Source of the DNA: Pelagibacteraceae bacterium
Lineage (GTDB): Bacteria; Pseudomonadota; Alphaproteobacteria; Methylaequorales; Methylaequoraceae
NCBI GenBank assembly: GCA_042090305.1
Contig: JBELJQ010000001.1
Span: 107,967-171,966 of the forward strand
DNA length: 64,000 bases
Direction: 5' to 3'
Notes under the pieces: generated by a model
What the model saw: the letters and a program-made list of their open reading frames with translations, nothing else
Databases searched by the model: none
Told to the model about the DNA's origin: nothing
Shown: in pieces, positions 39,501 to 49,156 of the stretch
How positions within the stretch are numbered: the first letter of the stretch is position 1
Layout of the letters: each line of letters starts with the position of its first letter
Program-made: the position numbers and the translations under genes

Positions 39501-41990
39501 TTATCCATTTCTTAATAAATGATATGTATTAAAATTTAAATACTTTCTGTTTGAAAGTAGTAAAGTCATTAGAAATACTAAAAGAAACAAACTTGAAATA
39601 ATAAAAATAACTAAAAAAGGGAAATGCCATCCTACACCAAAAAAATTTATTATAAAAAAGTAGGAAAATATAATAGAAAATATTAGAGAAGAAACAATTA
39701 TTGGTATAAATAATATAAAAGACTCAAATATAATCAATTTTAAAACTTTTACTTTCTCAAAACCTAAAATTCTGAAAACAAGATTTTGATGAACTTTTAG
39801 ATTCCCAATAACACTAATAGCATTTGATATCACAATGAGTCCAATTAAAATTACAACTGTAGAAATTAGAAGACTCACAATAAGTAAGTTCTCTAAAAAA
39901 TCTTTGGTTTTATTTATGTACTCAGATAATTTTATATAGGTAATAGTTGGTAATTTTCTTAATAAATTACTAAGATTTACAAGTTCCTCATTATCAAACT
40001 TTACAGTAGACATATATTCATGAGGAATTTTTGATGCATATTTAGGGTTGAATAAAATTGCAAAATTAATGTTTAAGTCTCTATAATCTACTTTTCTAAA
40101 ATTCGTAATAACACCTGAAACCGAATTTCCAAATATATTGAATGTGATAGAATCACCAATTTTTAGTTTCAAGTCACTAGCTACTTTATAATCCAAGGAA
40201 AGCTGTAATTTATTTTTTTCGTCTTTTTCCCACCATTCACCCTCTATAATTGGGTTATTAAAGGGAGGTGTTTTGGACCAGGATATTCTTCTTTCACCAT
40301 TAACAAACCAAAAGCTTTTATTATTTTCACTGATCAATTCTTTTGGATTTTTATTATTTATAGCTTCTATTCTTGCAGATATCATGGGTACGACCACTTG
40401 TTTTGCTTTGTAATCAATTTCACGAATTTGTTTTTTAAATAATTTCAATTCGTTTTCTTGTATTCCTAAAAAGAAATAATGAGGAGCATTTTGTGGTATA
40501 GAAGTATCTAGTTCTTTATTGATATTAGAGGACAAAATCCCTAAAAAAAATAATGTTGTCATTCCCAATCCCATAGTTACTATCATCATTGAATTGAGAC
40601 TACGATAAGCTTTCAGGTTTTTAATCCCCATTTTAATTAGTAAATTCTGTGCATTCTTTGTTTTACTCAAAATAAAAATATAAAATTTAGACAAAAAATA
40701 ATAAAAAAAACTAATAATTATGAAAAAGAAAAAAAACACAGCTGTTTCTTGAGGTTTAACATTTAAAATACAAAAAAAAGAAACAAAAATCGTTAATAAA
40801 ATCCCAATTTCTATAACTGACTTTGTAGTGTAATTTAGTTTTAGGTGAGTACTACTATTTCTGAATAAATTTGCAATTTTTATTTGGTCGATACTATCTA
40901 CTACTGGTTTTGCAAATATAAAAAAAACTACAATACTAAAAAATTGGATAATTAGATATTCAGTAATTTTAAATTTTATATTTAACTCAATATTTAGAAA
41001 ATTTAAAAGGCTAGAATCTAGGAAAAGAATTATTAATAAGCCTAAAGTGTAGGAAATTAGTGAGCAAAAAACTAAAATTATAAGAGTTTGTGCATAATAT
41101 AAAGTTTTAATATTATTAGAACTCAGTCCCAATGATTTATATACGGCAATATTAAACTGATTATTACTTAGAAATGAATAAAGTGAATTTTTTAAACCAA
41201 TTCCTGAAATCAAAATAGCTGATGCTGCAATTATGGAGAGAAAATAAATAAAATTCTCGATAGTTTTTTTTAGATTCTGACTGATATCCTCTGGATACTT
41301 GATTTCTATTTTCTTATTTTCATTTATTATTTGTGGTAATTTAGAATTACTTTCCCTTTTTATAATTTTATATTTAAAATTAAGAAAACTACCAAGATTG
41401 TTGATCTTTAAATTGTTGTAGCCTGATTTATTAATCAAAGCTTGATCTCCAAAAAGAAAAAATCCCCCAATATCCGGTAAACTTTCAATTATACCTATAA
41501 TTTCAAATGAAATATTTTGTATTTTAATTTTCTCGCCAATTTTTAAACCAAGGTTATTTTTTGTTGATTTGTCAATCAAAATAGATTCAGGTTTTGATTT
41601 GAGTAAACTCAGTGAATTTGCAGGCTCTACCTTGACGTTTCCGAGAAGTGGATAGAAATTATCAATTACTTTTATTCTTGTTGTTTTGCTCTCATCATTT
41701 TTAGTTCTTATAATAGAAGTAAACTCAATAACTTCTGTCATTAAAAATCTATCTTTTAATTCATCCAAAAATTTGTCATTTAAAGCAACGTTTTTTGTAG
41801 ATAGTTCTACGTCACCTCCAAGAAAAACTCTTGAATTATCTTTTATTTCATCTTCAACACTATTCTTTAAAATTGTAACTGAAGAAAAAATCAGCAAACT
41901 GATAAATATTGTAAAAAAGACTTTTGAAATCTTTGATTTATTTTTATTTAATTCTTTTATTAAAAATTGAAAATATTGTGTGAAATACAT
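39501..41990 (-). CDS. FtsX-domain ABC permease, YbbP-like (two FtsX modules)
   Basis: 829 aa with about 10 TM segments in two repeated modules and large loops. It lies downstream of the YbbA-like ATPase gene. Confidence 0.75.
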   Translation of the reverse strand: MYFTQYFQFLIKELNKNKSKISKVFFTIFISLLIFSSVTILKNSVEDEIKDNSRVFLGGDVELSTKNVALNDKFLDELKDRFLMTEVIEFTSIIRTKNDESKTTRIKVIDNFYPLLGNVKVEPANSLSLLKSKPESILIDKSTKNNLGLKIGEKIKIQNISFEIIGIIESLPDIGGFFLFGDQALINKSGYNNLKINNLGSFLNFKYKIIKRESNSKLPQIINENKKIEIKYPEDISQNLKKTIENFIYFLSIIAASAILISGIGLKNSLYSFLSNNQFNIAVYKSLGLSSNNIKTLYYAQTLIILVFCSLISYTLGLLIILFLDSSLLNFLNIELNIKFKITEYLIIQFFSIVVFFIFAKPVVDSIDQIKIANLFRNSSTHLKLNYTTKSVIEIGILLTIFVSFFCILNVKPQETAVFFFFFIIISFFYYFLSKFYIFILSKTKNAQNLLIKMGIKNLKAYRSLNSMMIVTMGLGMTTLFFLGILSSNINKELDTSIPQNAPHYFFLGIQENELKLFKKQIREIDYKAKQVVVPMISARIEAINNKNPKELISENNKSFWFVNGERRISWSKTPPFNNPIIEGEWWEKDEKNKLQLSLDYKVASDLKLKIGDSITFNIFGNSVSGVITNFRKVDYRDLNINFAILFNPKYASKIPHEYMSTVKFDNEELVNLSNLLRKLPTITYIKLSEYINKTKDFLENLLIVSLLISTVVILIGLIVISNAISVIGNLKVHQNLVFRILGFEKVKVLKLIIFESFILFIPIIVSSLIFSIIFSYFFIINFFGVGWHFPFLVIFIISSLFLLVFLMTLLLSNRKYLNFNTYHLLRNG

Positions 41991-41992
41991 GT

Positions 41993-42662
41993 TTAACTTT
42001 TTATTTGACCATCGAATAAATTTATTACTCTATCGCACTTTTTCGCTAAATTAGTGTTATGAGTTACTAAAAATAGACTGATTTTCTTTTTTTTAGAATA
42101 ATCAAATAGTAGATTAGAAACTATTTCTGTATTTTTTCTGTCTAAATTACCAGTAGGTTCATCTGCTAAAATGATTTCTGGGTTAAATGAAATCGCCCTT
42201 GCAATTGCGACTCTTTGTTGCTCTCCACCAGATAATTCAGAAGGTAAATTATCTTTACGATGGTCTAGACCAATTTCGGAAAGAATCAATGTAGCGTTCT
42301 CTTTTTCATTTTTAATTTTATTTATTTGCATTGGGAACATTATATTTTCGAGAGCTGTATAATTTGGAATCAGGTAAAACTGTTGAAACACTAATCCAAT
42401 TTTTTTTTTTTCTAATTGCAGTTTTTTGTTCCTCACTTATTTTAGAAAAGTCTTTATTTTCAAAAATTATTGAGCCTGATGAAGGGTTTTCTAAACCAGA
42501 CATAAGCATCAGGAGACTTGTTTTTCCTGAACCGCTCTCTCCAATTAAAGCAACTCTTTCATTTTTTTTTATTTCAAAATTTATATTTTTTAAAACCCTG
42601 ATATCATTTCCATTTAATTGGTAATTTAGGTTAATGTTATTTAGTTTATATAGTTCTTTCAC
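41993..42662 (-). pseudogene. YbbA/LolD-like ABC ATPase, frame broken in an A12 tract
   Basis: ORF 42318-42662 carries Walker A (GESGSGKTSLL) up to ...AIRKKK. ORF 41993-42436 continues KKKIGLVFQQFYLIP...LSGGEQQRVAIARA...ILADEPTGNLD...VTHN. Removing one A from the 12-A run joins them into one ABC ATPase of about 222 aa. Confidence 0.8.
42400..42411 (-). repeat. A12 homopolymer (T12 on + strand) inside the ABC ATPase gene
   Basis: Counted directly: t at 42400 through t at 42411. Confidence 0.9.
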
Positions 42663-43275
42663 TTTTAGATTACTTTTTGTATTGATTATTGGTGTAAACT
42701 TTATACCAACAAAAGGTTATTGTAACCAAAAAATTGTATTGTTTGGTGATAGCTTAATGTCTGGTTATGGACTAGAAAAAAAGTTTCATCTTTCAACTGT
42801 TTTAGAGACAAGTCTTAAAGAAAAAGATTTTGATATAAATGTCATAAATGCCAGTGTATCTGGAGACACAACTTCTGGTGGACTAAACAGGATGAACTGG
42901 TTGCTTGAACAAATTGATGTAGATATTGTTATACTATGCCTTGGAGCTAATGATATGTTAAGGGGAATTGAGCCTTATTTAATAAAAAGAAATTTGCAAA
43001 AGATCCTAGAAATTTTGAAAGAAAAAAATATAACTGTTCTTCTAGCCGGAATGCTATCTCAAGAAACATTTGGAGACGAATATAAAAATAAATTTGATAA
43101 GATATATCCCGATCTTGCAAAAAGTTTTCAAATTTCTTTTTTACCGTTTTTATTAGATGGCGTTGCCTTAAATACTGAATTAAATTTAAGTGATGGAAAG
43201 CACCCTAATCAAAAAGGTATCAAAATAATAAGTAAAAATCTTGAAAAAAAACTAGTTTATCTTCTTAAAAATTAA
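42634..43275 (+). CDS. SGNH/GDSL arylesterase/lysophospholipase (TesA-like)
   Basis: 213 aa with a leader peptide and the blocks FGDSLMSGYG, GANDMLRG and DGKHPN. It is divergent from the YbbA/YbbP-like genes, as in the E. coli tesA-ybbA-ybbP locus. The annotated 5' ends overlap by 29 nt. Confidence 0.8.
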   Translation: MLFSLYSSFTFRLLFVLIIGVNFIPTKGYCNQKIVLFGDSLMSGYGLEKKFHLSTVLETSLKEKDFDINVINASVSGDTTSGGLNRMNWLLEQIDVDIVILCLGANDMLRGIEPYLIKRNLQKILEILKEKNITVLLAGMLSQETFGDEYKNKFDKIYPDLAKSFQISFLPFLLDGVALNTELNLSDGKHPNQKGIKIISKNLEKKLVYLLKN

Positions 43276-43325
43276 TTGATTCAAAAAAAATTGATGCCAG
43301 AAATTGACATAATTTAAAAAATTGA
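43274..43325 (+). repeat. four direct copies of AATTGA(T/C), each preceded by an A-run
   Basis: The copies are at 43274, 43289, 43302 and 43320 (spacing 15, 13 and 18 nt), between the tesA-like stop and the FliB-like gene. Confidence 0.5.
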
Positions 43326-43381
43326 TTGTAGTCAGGGTGTTGAAAACTAACTAAACTAATTTAAATTGGGGATTATTTTTA

Positions 43382-43397
43382 TTCGATTGGGACTAGG
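43382..43397 (+). repeat. tRNA-Leu T-arm/acceptor remnant
   Basis: TTCGATTGGGACTAGG matches tRNA-Leu 29766-29781 (TTCGAGTCGGACTAGG) at 14 of 16 positions. Confidence 0.45.
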
Positions 43398-43460
43398 TAG
43401 AGGGTATTATATTTTGTAATTTTCGCAAAGAAAATGGTATAATAATTGCTATTCTTCATA

Positions 43461-44663
43461 ATGGCTGATGTATATCCTAGTTACTATAATGATTTTTCAT
43501 GTATAGGTTCTCGATGTAATGACTCATGCTGCATGGGTTGGAAAATTGATGTTGATTTAGCTTGTCATAATAAACATGTAGAACTTAATAAGAAGTCTGG
43601 TGATAAATACATCGACAAATTTCTGATGAGTTCAAATCCATCAGTTAGTAAATTCTCATTTATTAAAAAGAAAATGAATGGAAAATGTTCATTCTTAGAT
43701 GAAAGTAACCTATGTAGTTTACAAAAAAAACTAGGTGAGGATTATTTGCCAGATACTTGTCAAACATTTCCAAGAAGAAGGGTAAATTTTGATGAAATAA
43801 ATGTAAAAACTTTATCATTGGCTTGCCCTGAAGCTGCTAGATTATGTCTTACTAAAAAAAATTCTATGGAAATCCACTCGGGTGAAAAACAAACAAATAG
43901 TTTTTTAAAAATAGTTCCAAGTTATTTACATAATTCTTTCACAAGAATAGGTGAGTTATTATTTAATAAAATTTATTTTTTGTTTAAAGACGGAAATTTA
44001 AATTTACCTTCTTCAATTATTATTTGTGAAAATATGCTTAACGAGCAAAATAATCTTGAAAAAGATCCGGAGAAGATAGACTCTATCTTGAATTTTATGA
44101 AAGATGAGTTTAAAAACCTTAGTTTCTTAAATTGTGATAGATCCGATACAAAACTTACCTTTTTAACTGACCTAAATAACTTTACTAAAAAATTAGATTC
44201 CAAATGGCCTATTAAACAATTATTATCCAATGCTCATACAGAGTTAGTGAAAAAATACTCTCAACCCGAAGAAGCAAAAAAAAATTTTAAGAATCTTGAA
44301 AAGAAACTAGATATTTATTGTTCAGGTAAAAATTATAATATCTTAAGAAATTACTTTTTAAATGAAATTCTGGGAAACGCCCAAATCTTTACTAACCAAG
44401 CCGCTAATTGTCGGAATAGATTTTATTTAACAATATTGTATTCAATAATTTCAAAATTTATAACTATAGCAAGTTTGTCTAAAAAAAATGAGTATGATGA
44501 AAAGGATCATTTGAATGCTATACAAAAGGTGATGAAATATCATGGGCTTTTTGTTCGTTCTGATGCCAACCAAGAATTCATACTTCATCCAGAAATTCTT
44601 TTAGCATTAAAAAAAGTGGATAAAAATAGTGTTTTCAATTCACTATTTTTACTTTTTTGTTAA
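43461..44663 (+). CDS. FliB-family (flagellin lysine-N-methylase-like) Cys-rich protein
   Basis: The N-terminus is YPSYYNDFSCIGSRCNDSCCMGWKIDVD and a second cluster is GKCSFLDESNLCSLQKKLGEDYLPDTCQTFPRR. About 400 aa, as for FliB. The ATG at 43461 is preferred. Confidence 0.6.
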   Translation: MADVYPSYYNDFSCIGSRCNDSCCMGWKIDVDLACHNKHVELNKKSGDKYIDKFLMSSNPSVSKFSFIKKKMNGKCSFLDESNLCSLQKKLGEDYLPDTCQTFPRRRVNFDEINVKTLSLACPEAARLCLTKKNSMEIHSGEKQTNSFLKIVPSYLHNSFTRIGELLFNKIYFLFKDGNLNLPSSIIICENMLNEQNNLEKDPEKIDSILNFMKDEFKNLSFLNCDRSDTKLTFLTDLNNFTKKLDSKWPIKQLLSNAHTELVKKYSQPEEAKKNFKNLEKKLDIYCSGKNYNILRNYFLNEILGNAQIFTNQAANCRNRFYLTILYSIISKFITIASLSKKNEYDEKDHLNAIQKVMKYHGLFVRSDANQEFILHPEILLALKKVDKNSVFNSLFLLFC

Positions 44664-44942
44664 TAAGGTTTTTTAGAATTTAAAATAAATTTATTAATTC
44701 CAATTGGATAGAAAATGTATTGAGTTAGATTTATCAATGCTTAAGATTATAAGTGATACCAATTCAGTCAAAGAGTTATGAGTATGGTATCTTTATTAAT
44801 CAACTTAAAAAAGATAATCTGTCGTTAAAAAAGAAATGAAGTAAAATTTTAAAGATTAGTTTTAAAAAATTAGCAAATGAAATCTTAACCTTTTTGGTAT
44901 AAAATTTAATTAAATTTTAAAACATTAATATGGAGATTTACT

Positions 44943-45674
44943 ATGGACAAAGTAGCATTTATAACTGGAGCCAATAAAGGTATTGGATTTGAAACAGCTA
45001 AAAAATTAGCTGAAAAAGGAATTAGTGTAGTCTTAGGTTGTCGAGACCTAGAAAAAGGGGGGGAAGCTATTGATGAATTATCCTCTAAGGGACTAAATGC
45101 AGAACTAATTCATTATGACGCATTCGATCTAGAGGCACCAGAAAAAGTATATACCTATTTATTACAGAAATACCAAAAATTAGATATTCTAATCAACAAT
45201 GCCGGAGTTCTTCTATCAGGAGATCTTTTTGTTACAAACAGCTCTACAGTAAGTGATAAAGATTTAAAGGATACGTTCCAAACCAATCTTTTTGCTGTTA
45301 TATCTCTAACACAAAAGTTACTCCCATTAATTAAAAAATCTAGTGCGGGAAGAATTGTTAATGTATCAACAATTTTGAGTTCATTAACTCTTCATAGTGC
45401 CAAAGATTCACCAATTGCACCTGCGAAAGAGTTTGCTTACAATGCATCTAAAACAGCGCTGAATGCTTTCACAATACATCTCGCACTTGAACTAAAAGAT
45501 ACTAACATTAAGGTAAACTCAGGTCATCCTGGATGGGTTAAAACTGATCTAGGTGGACCAAATGCTCCAATGGAGGTTGAAGATAGTTATAAAACATCTT
45601 TAAGGTTAGCAACTTTAGATGATGATGGACCTACTGGAGGATTATTTCATGAAACTGATTCTTTACCCTGGTAG
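44943..45674 (+). CDS. short-chain dehydrogenase/reductase (carbonyl-reductase-like)
   Basis: Contains AFITGANKGIGFE, NNAG and YNASK. Confidence 0.8.
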   Translation: MDKVAFITGANKGIGFETAKKLAEKGISVVLGCRDLEKGGEAIDELSSKGLNAELIHYDAFDLEAPEKVYTYLLQKYQKLDILINNAGVLLSGDLFVTNSSTVSDKDLKDTFQTNLFAVISLTQKLLPLIKKSSAGRIVNVSTILSSLTLHSAKDSPIAPAKEFAYNASKTALNAFTIHLALELKDTNIKVNSGHPGWVKTDLGGPNAPMEVEDSYKTSLRLATLDDDGPTGGLFHETDSLPW

Positions 45675-45685
45675 GATGTATCATT

Positions 45686-46081
45686 ATGCCCCATCTTCAA
45701 TTCGAGGTTAGTAAAAAATTAACAAAAGAATCGAAGGTAGAGTTTATTAATTTTGTTCAATTACAATTCTCTAAGATAATGCTAACAGGAACTGATCACA
45801 TAGCTATTAGTATTAGAGAAATGAATACTGAAAATTTAAATCTGGGAAGAGCTATTAAGAACAAGGCAGTTTGTTTGATGAATTTAGATATTAGGCAAGG
45901 ACGAAGTGAATCACAAAAAAAAGAATTAGTTAAAACTCTAATAAAAGGAGCTGAGAGTATTCTAGGAGTAGAAGCAAAGAATCAATATGTTACAATCACT
46001 AATCATACTGGTGAGGAATTTAATTTTTTTGAAAAGTCACTAACTGATTGGAAAAAAAATGATGATCCTGCAAACAACTAA
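45686..46081 (+). CDS. tautomerase-superfamily protein (MIF-like, Pro-1)
   Basis: 131 aa starting MPHLQFEV. The layout (HIAISI...LMNLDIRQGRSESQ...YVTITN) resembles MIF/phenylpyruvate tautomerase. Confidence 0.5.
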   Translation: MPHLQFEVSKKLTKESKVEFINFVQLQFSKIMLTGTDHIAISIREMNTENLNLGRAIKNKAVCLMNLDIRQGRSESQKKELVKTLIKGAESILGVEAKNQYVTITNHTGEEFNFFEKSLTDWKKNDDPANN

Positions 46082-46104
46082 TATGCAATAATAAAAATAA
46101 TTGA

Positions 46105-46545
46105 ATGCTATTAATCAATATAAAATATAATAAAATATTAATTTTTTTCTTTGTAATATTTAACTTTCTGAAAGTAACTGCAAAAGATTATGACGGTAAG
46201 GTGTTTATATGTGCTAATGAAATAGGACCAATTTTAGAGTTTATGATTCCCAATTTTAAAAAAAATTTAGAGGAAAAAATATTTAAATTTAAAGTTTATG
46301 AATCACAAAATAGAAATTCATTTAATGTTAGAGAGGGAATGATTAAAAAACAATCCAGTCCAATAGATGATTCTTATTATTATTATAAAGCTCACTCGGA
46401 TTCTCAAAACAACCAAGAGATGTTAATAAATTTTGAATTTTATCCACCAACACATTTACTTTTTAAACATCAAAACTCTCAATATACTGATCTAGTCTGC
46501 TGGGTTGATGAAAACAATACAAAAGATAATTTAATAAATGATTAA
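46105..46545 (+). CDS. hypothetical secreted protein
   Basis: 146 aa with an N-terminal hydrophobic leader and no recognisable motif. Confidence 0.4.
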   Translation: MLLINIKYNKILIFFFVIFNFLKVTAKDYDGKVFICANEIGPILEFMIPNFKKNLEEKIFKFKVYESQNRNSFNVREGMIKKQSSPIDDSYYYYKAHSDSQNNQEMLINFEFYPPTHLLFKHQNSQYTDLVCWVDENNTKDNLIND

Positions 46546-46577
46546 AATAATAATTTTGAAAAAATTTAGCTTAATAA

Positions 46578-48017
46578 ATGCTTTTTAATTCTATAGAATT
46601 TATCATTTTTTTTATATTTATCGCTCTGTTTCTCTTACTTTTGAGGAAAAATAAAGATATATCAATTTTGGTAATAATTTTTTTTTCTTTACTCTTTTAT
46701 GGTTATGAAAAAGCACAATGGATAATCTTAATTTTATTTTCGATATCTATCAACTACCTTTGTTCATATCTTATAAAAAAGAATGTAAAGTATATTTTTA
46801 ATTTCGGAATTATTTTTAATTTAGGAATTCTCTTTTTTTATAAATATCTTGGTTTTTTTTTCACAAATCTAAATTTTTTATTTGAACAAAACTTTTCTTA
46901 TTTAAATATTGCTCTTCCAATTGGTATATCATTCTATTCTTTTCAACAAATTTCATATTTATTTGATTGTAGGGAAAAAAAAAATAGCTTGCCAAGATTT
47001 AGTGAATACCTCTTATATGTCTCTTTTTTTCCACAATTAATTGCGGGTCCAATAGTGAAATCAAAAGATTTCTTTATTCAAGTTACAAAAAATTATTTTC
47101 TTAAACCCACAAAAATTATGGTGTTAAAAGGTATTACGATTTTCATAATTGGTTTATTCAAAAAAACATTTATCGCTGACAATATAGCAATTTTCTCAGA
47201 TGCAGTTTTTAATAACGCAAATTCAGGGACAATTGGTTTTCTTGATTCATGGATTGGTGTTTTTGCATTTTCACTTCAGATATATTTTGATTTTTCAAGT
47301 TATTCTGACATGGCAATTGGTCTTGGATTAATATTAGGTGTTAAACTACCAATCAATTTTAGTTCACCTTATAAATCAGAGAATATAATTGAATTCTGGA
47401 GATCATGGCATATTACACTATCAAATTTTTTAAGAGAATATTTATATATAAAAATTGGCGGAAATAGAAATGGTAGAATAAGAAATTTTATCAATTTTTT
47501 TATTGTTATGATACTTGGTGGAATATGGCATGGAGCTAGTTGGACTTTCGTATTATGGGGTGTTGTTCATGCTATATATATTTCTACTAATCATTTTATT
47601 ATTGATTTATTTCATAAATATCAAGTAAAGATAAAAATACCACAATTTATTAAAATTTTATTTACATTTTGTATTGTTTCTATTGCATGGGTCTTTTTTC
47701 GTTCTGAGAATTTAGAGATAGCAGTTAAAATGTTTGAAGCTATGTTTATACTTAAAAATTATCAAATTCTGAATATTTTGGACTACGATACAGCGATTGT
47801 GGCTTTTAAATGGATTTCAATACTTTTGATTATTTGTTGGTTTTTACCAAATACAAATTTTTTGATAAATTATAATAGTATAAATCAAAAAAATGAAAAA
47901 CCATTTTTAAATAAATACGTTACTTTGGATAAGCTTTTATTGGTGTTAAGCTTCCTTTTATTGATATCTGTTTTAACTTTCCAAGTAAAAAGTCCATTCC
48001 TTTACTTTAAATTTTAA
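46578..48017 (+). CDS. MBOAT-family membrane O-acyltransferase (AlgI/DltB/PatA-like)
   Basis: 479 aa, polytopic, with the conserved His block GGIWHGASWTFVLWG and WRSWHITLS. Confidence 0.85.
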   Translation: MLFNSIEFIIFFIFIALFLLLLRKNKDISILVIIFFSLLFYGYEKAQWIILILFSISINYLCSYLIKKNVKYIFNFGIIFNLGILFFYKYLGFFFTNLNFLFEQNFSYLNIALPIGISFYSFQQISYLFDCREKKNSLPRFSEYLLYVSFFPQLIAGPIVKSKDFFIQVTKNYFLKPTKIMVLKGITIFIIGLFKKTFIADNIAIFSDAVFNNANSGTIGFLDSWIGVFAFSLQIYFDFSSYSDMAIGLGLILGVKLPINFSSPYKSENIIEFWRSWHITLSNFLREYLYIKIGGNRNGRIRNFINFFIVMILGGIWHGASWTFVLWGVVHAIYISTNHFIIDLFHKYQVKIKIPQFIKILFTFCIVSIAWVFFRSENLEIAVKMFEAMFILKNYQILNILDYDTAIVAFKWISILLIICWFLPNTNFLINYNSINQKNEKPFLNKYVTLDKLLLVLSFLLLISVLTFQVKSPFLYFKF

Positions 48018-49156
48018 TGAAAAAATTTCTATACAATCTATTTGACAACAAATTCTATTTTAAAACATTGTTGTTCTTTATCTTTATTTTATGTCTATCT
48101 TTTGTAATAGAAATTTTACTTTTTTTTATTACAACTGAGCTTCTTATAACATCTTCAAGAACAATATATGGAAATTATAGATATTCTCCAAATAAATCAT
48201 TTGTTATTAAAAGTAATGAAACGAATAAGCTGGTAAATATAAAAATTAATGAAGTTGGAGTTAGAGATAAAAGATTTTCTTCCACAAACAAAATAAAAAT
48301 TGGAGTAATTGGAGATAGTTATGTTTTCGCACGTGACATTGATATGGACAATAGATTTACCGAGATTTTACAAAAAAAAATGGATAAAACAGGTAAATCA
48401 GTTGAAATTTATAATATAGGCGTTGAAGGTGCAAATCCTGCTAACTACTATACGTGGATAAATTACCTGGAATTGAATTATGATTTTGATTTCTATATTA
48501 TTTTAATATCTAATGATGACGATTTTAACAATAATCAACAAAAAATAATTATAGAAGATAAAAAAATACAGTATTTTATTTCTGAAAATAAAGTGACTAA
48601 AGAAATATCCACATTAAATAATATTGAAAAATTTAAAAATGATTCTCTTATTTTCTTAAGAAAATCTGAATTAATAAGAGTCATCGAAATGTCAATAAGA
48701 GGTTCTTTGAAAATTGTTAAAAACGGAGGAATGAATTTATCATCAAAAATTCAGTCATATTTTAAAGATGATTATAATTTAAATGAAAGGTCTGAAGTAG
48801 ATTGCAATATTATATTTAAACCTGGTTCTAACATACATAATTTCAATTTAGCCTTTATGATTTTTAGTGATATAGAGAATTTAACAAACAAACCTATATT
48901 TTTCCTACAATTACCTAGTTATAGCCAAATCAATTCTTATAGTTCAAATATTTGTGATTATAATAATCCTGAGAATCTATTTAATAATCATCCATTGAGG
49001 TTTAAATATAGTCTTCTAAATGACTTTAAGCTTGATAATAAACAATTGTATTTTCAGTATGGTCATTTAAATGAAAATGGACACGATTCTATTGCAAAAC
49101 TGATTTTCTCAAATAATACTTTTAAACAAATCCTTTTGGAAAAATTAATCAAATAA
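48017..49156 (+). CDS. membrane-anchored SGNH-like partner of the MBOAT
   Basis: 379 aa with an N-terminal TM segment, a GDS block (IGVIGDSYVF) and a C-terminal GHLNENGHD. Its start overlaps the MBOAT stop. Confidence 0.55.
   Translation: MKKFLYNLFDNKFYFKTLLFFIFILCLSFVIEILLFFITTELLITSSRTIYGNYRYSPNKSFVIKSNETNKLVNIKINEVGVRDKRFSSTNKIKIGVIGDSYVFARDIDMDNRFTEILQKKMDKTGKSVEIYNIGVEGANPANYYTWINYLELNYDFDFYIILISNDDDFNNNQQKIIIEDKKIQYFISENKVTKEISTLNNIEKFKNDSLIFLRKSELIRVIEMSIRGSLKIVKNGGMNLSSKIQSYFKDDYNLNERSEVDCNIIFKPGSNIHNFNLAFMIFSDIENLTNKPIFFLQLPSYSQINSYSSNICDYNNPENLFNNHPLRFKYSLLNDFKLDNKQLYFQYGHLNENGHDSIAKLIFSNNTFKQILLEKLIK

Noticed and set aside
42331-42624. 97-aa plus-strand ORF. Similar short ORFs lie inside larger genes, e.g. 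140-811, 8158-8532, 10021-10599, 17681-18043, 19841-20215, 22601-23644, 34420-34752, 55431-56293 and 59287-59783
   Set aside because: All are embedded antisense or out of frame within well-supported longer genes and have low-complexity products. They are expected by chance in AT-rich DNA, which has few stop codons in some frames.
42634-42662. 29-nt head-to-head overlap of the tesA-like and ybbA-like coding starts as a regulatory device
   Set aside because: It is more likely a start-codon annotation issue. The tesA-like leader has alternative downstream TTG/GTG starts, and the true start cannot be resolved from sequence alone.
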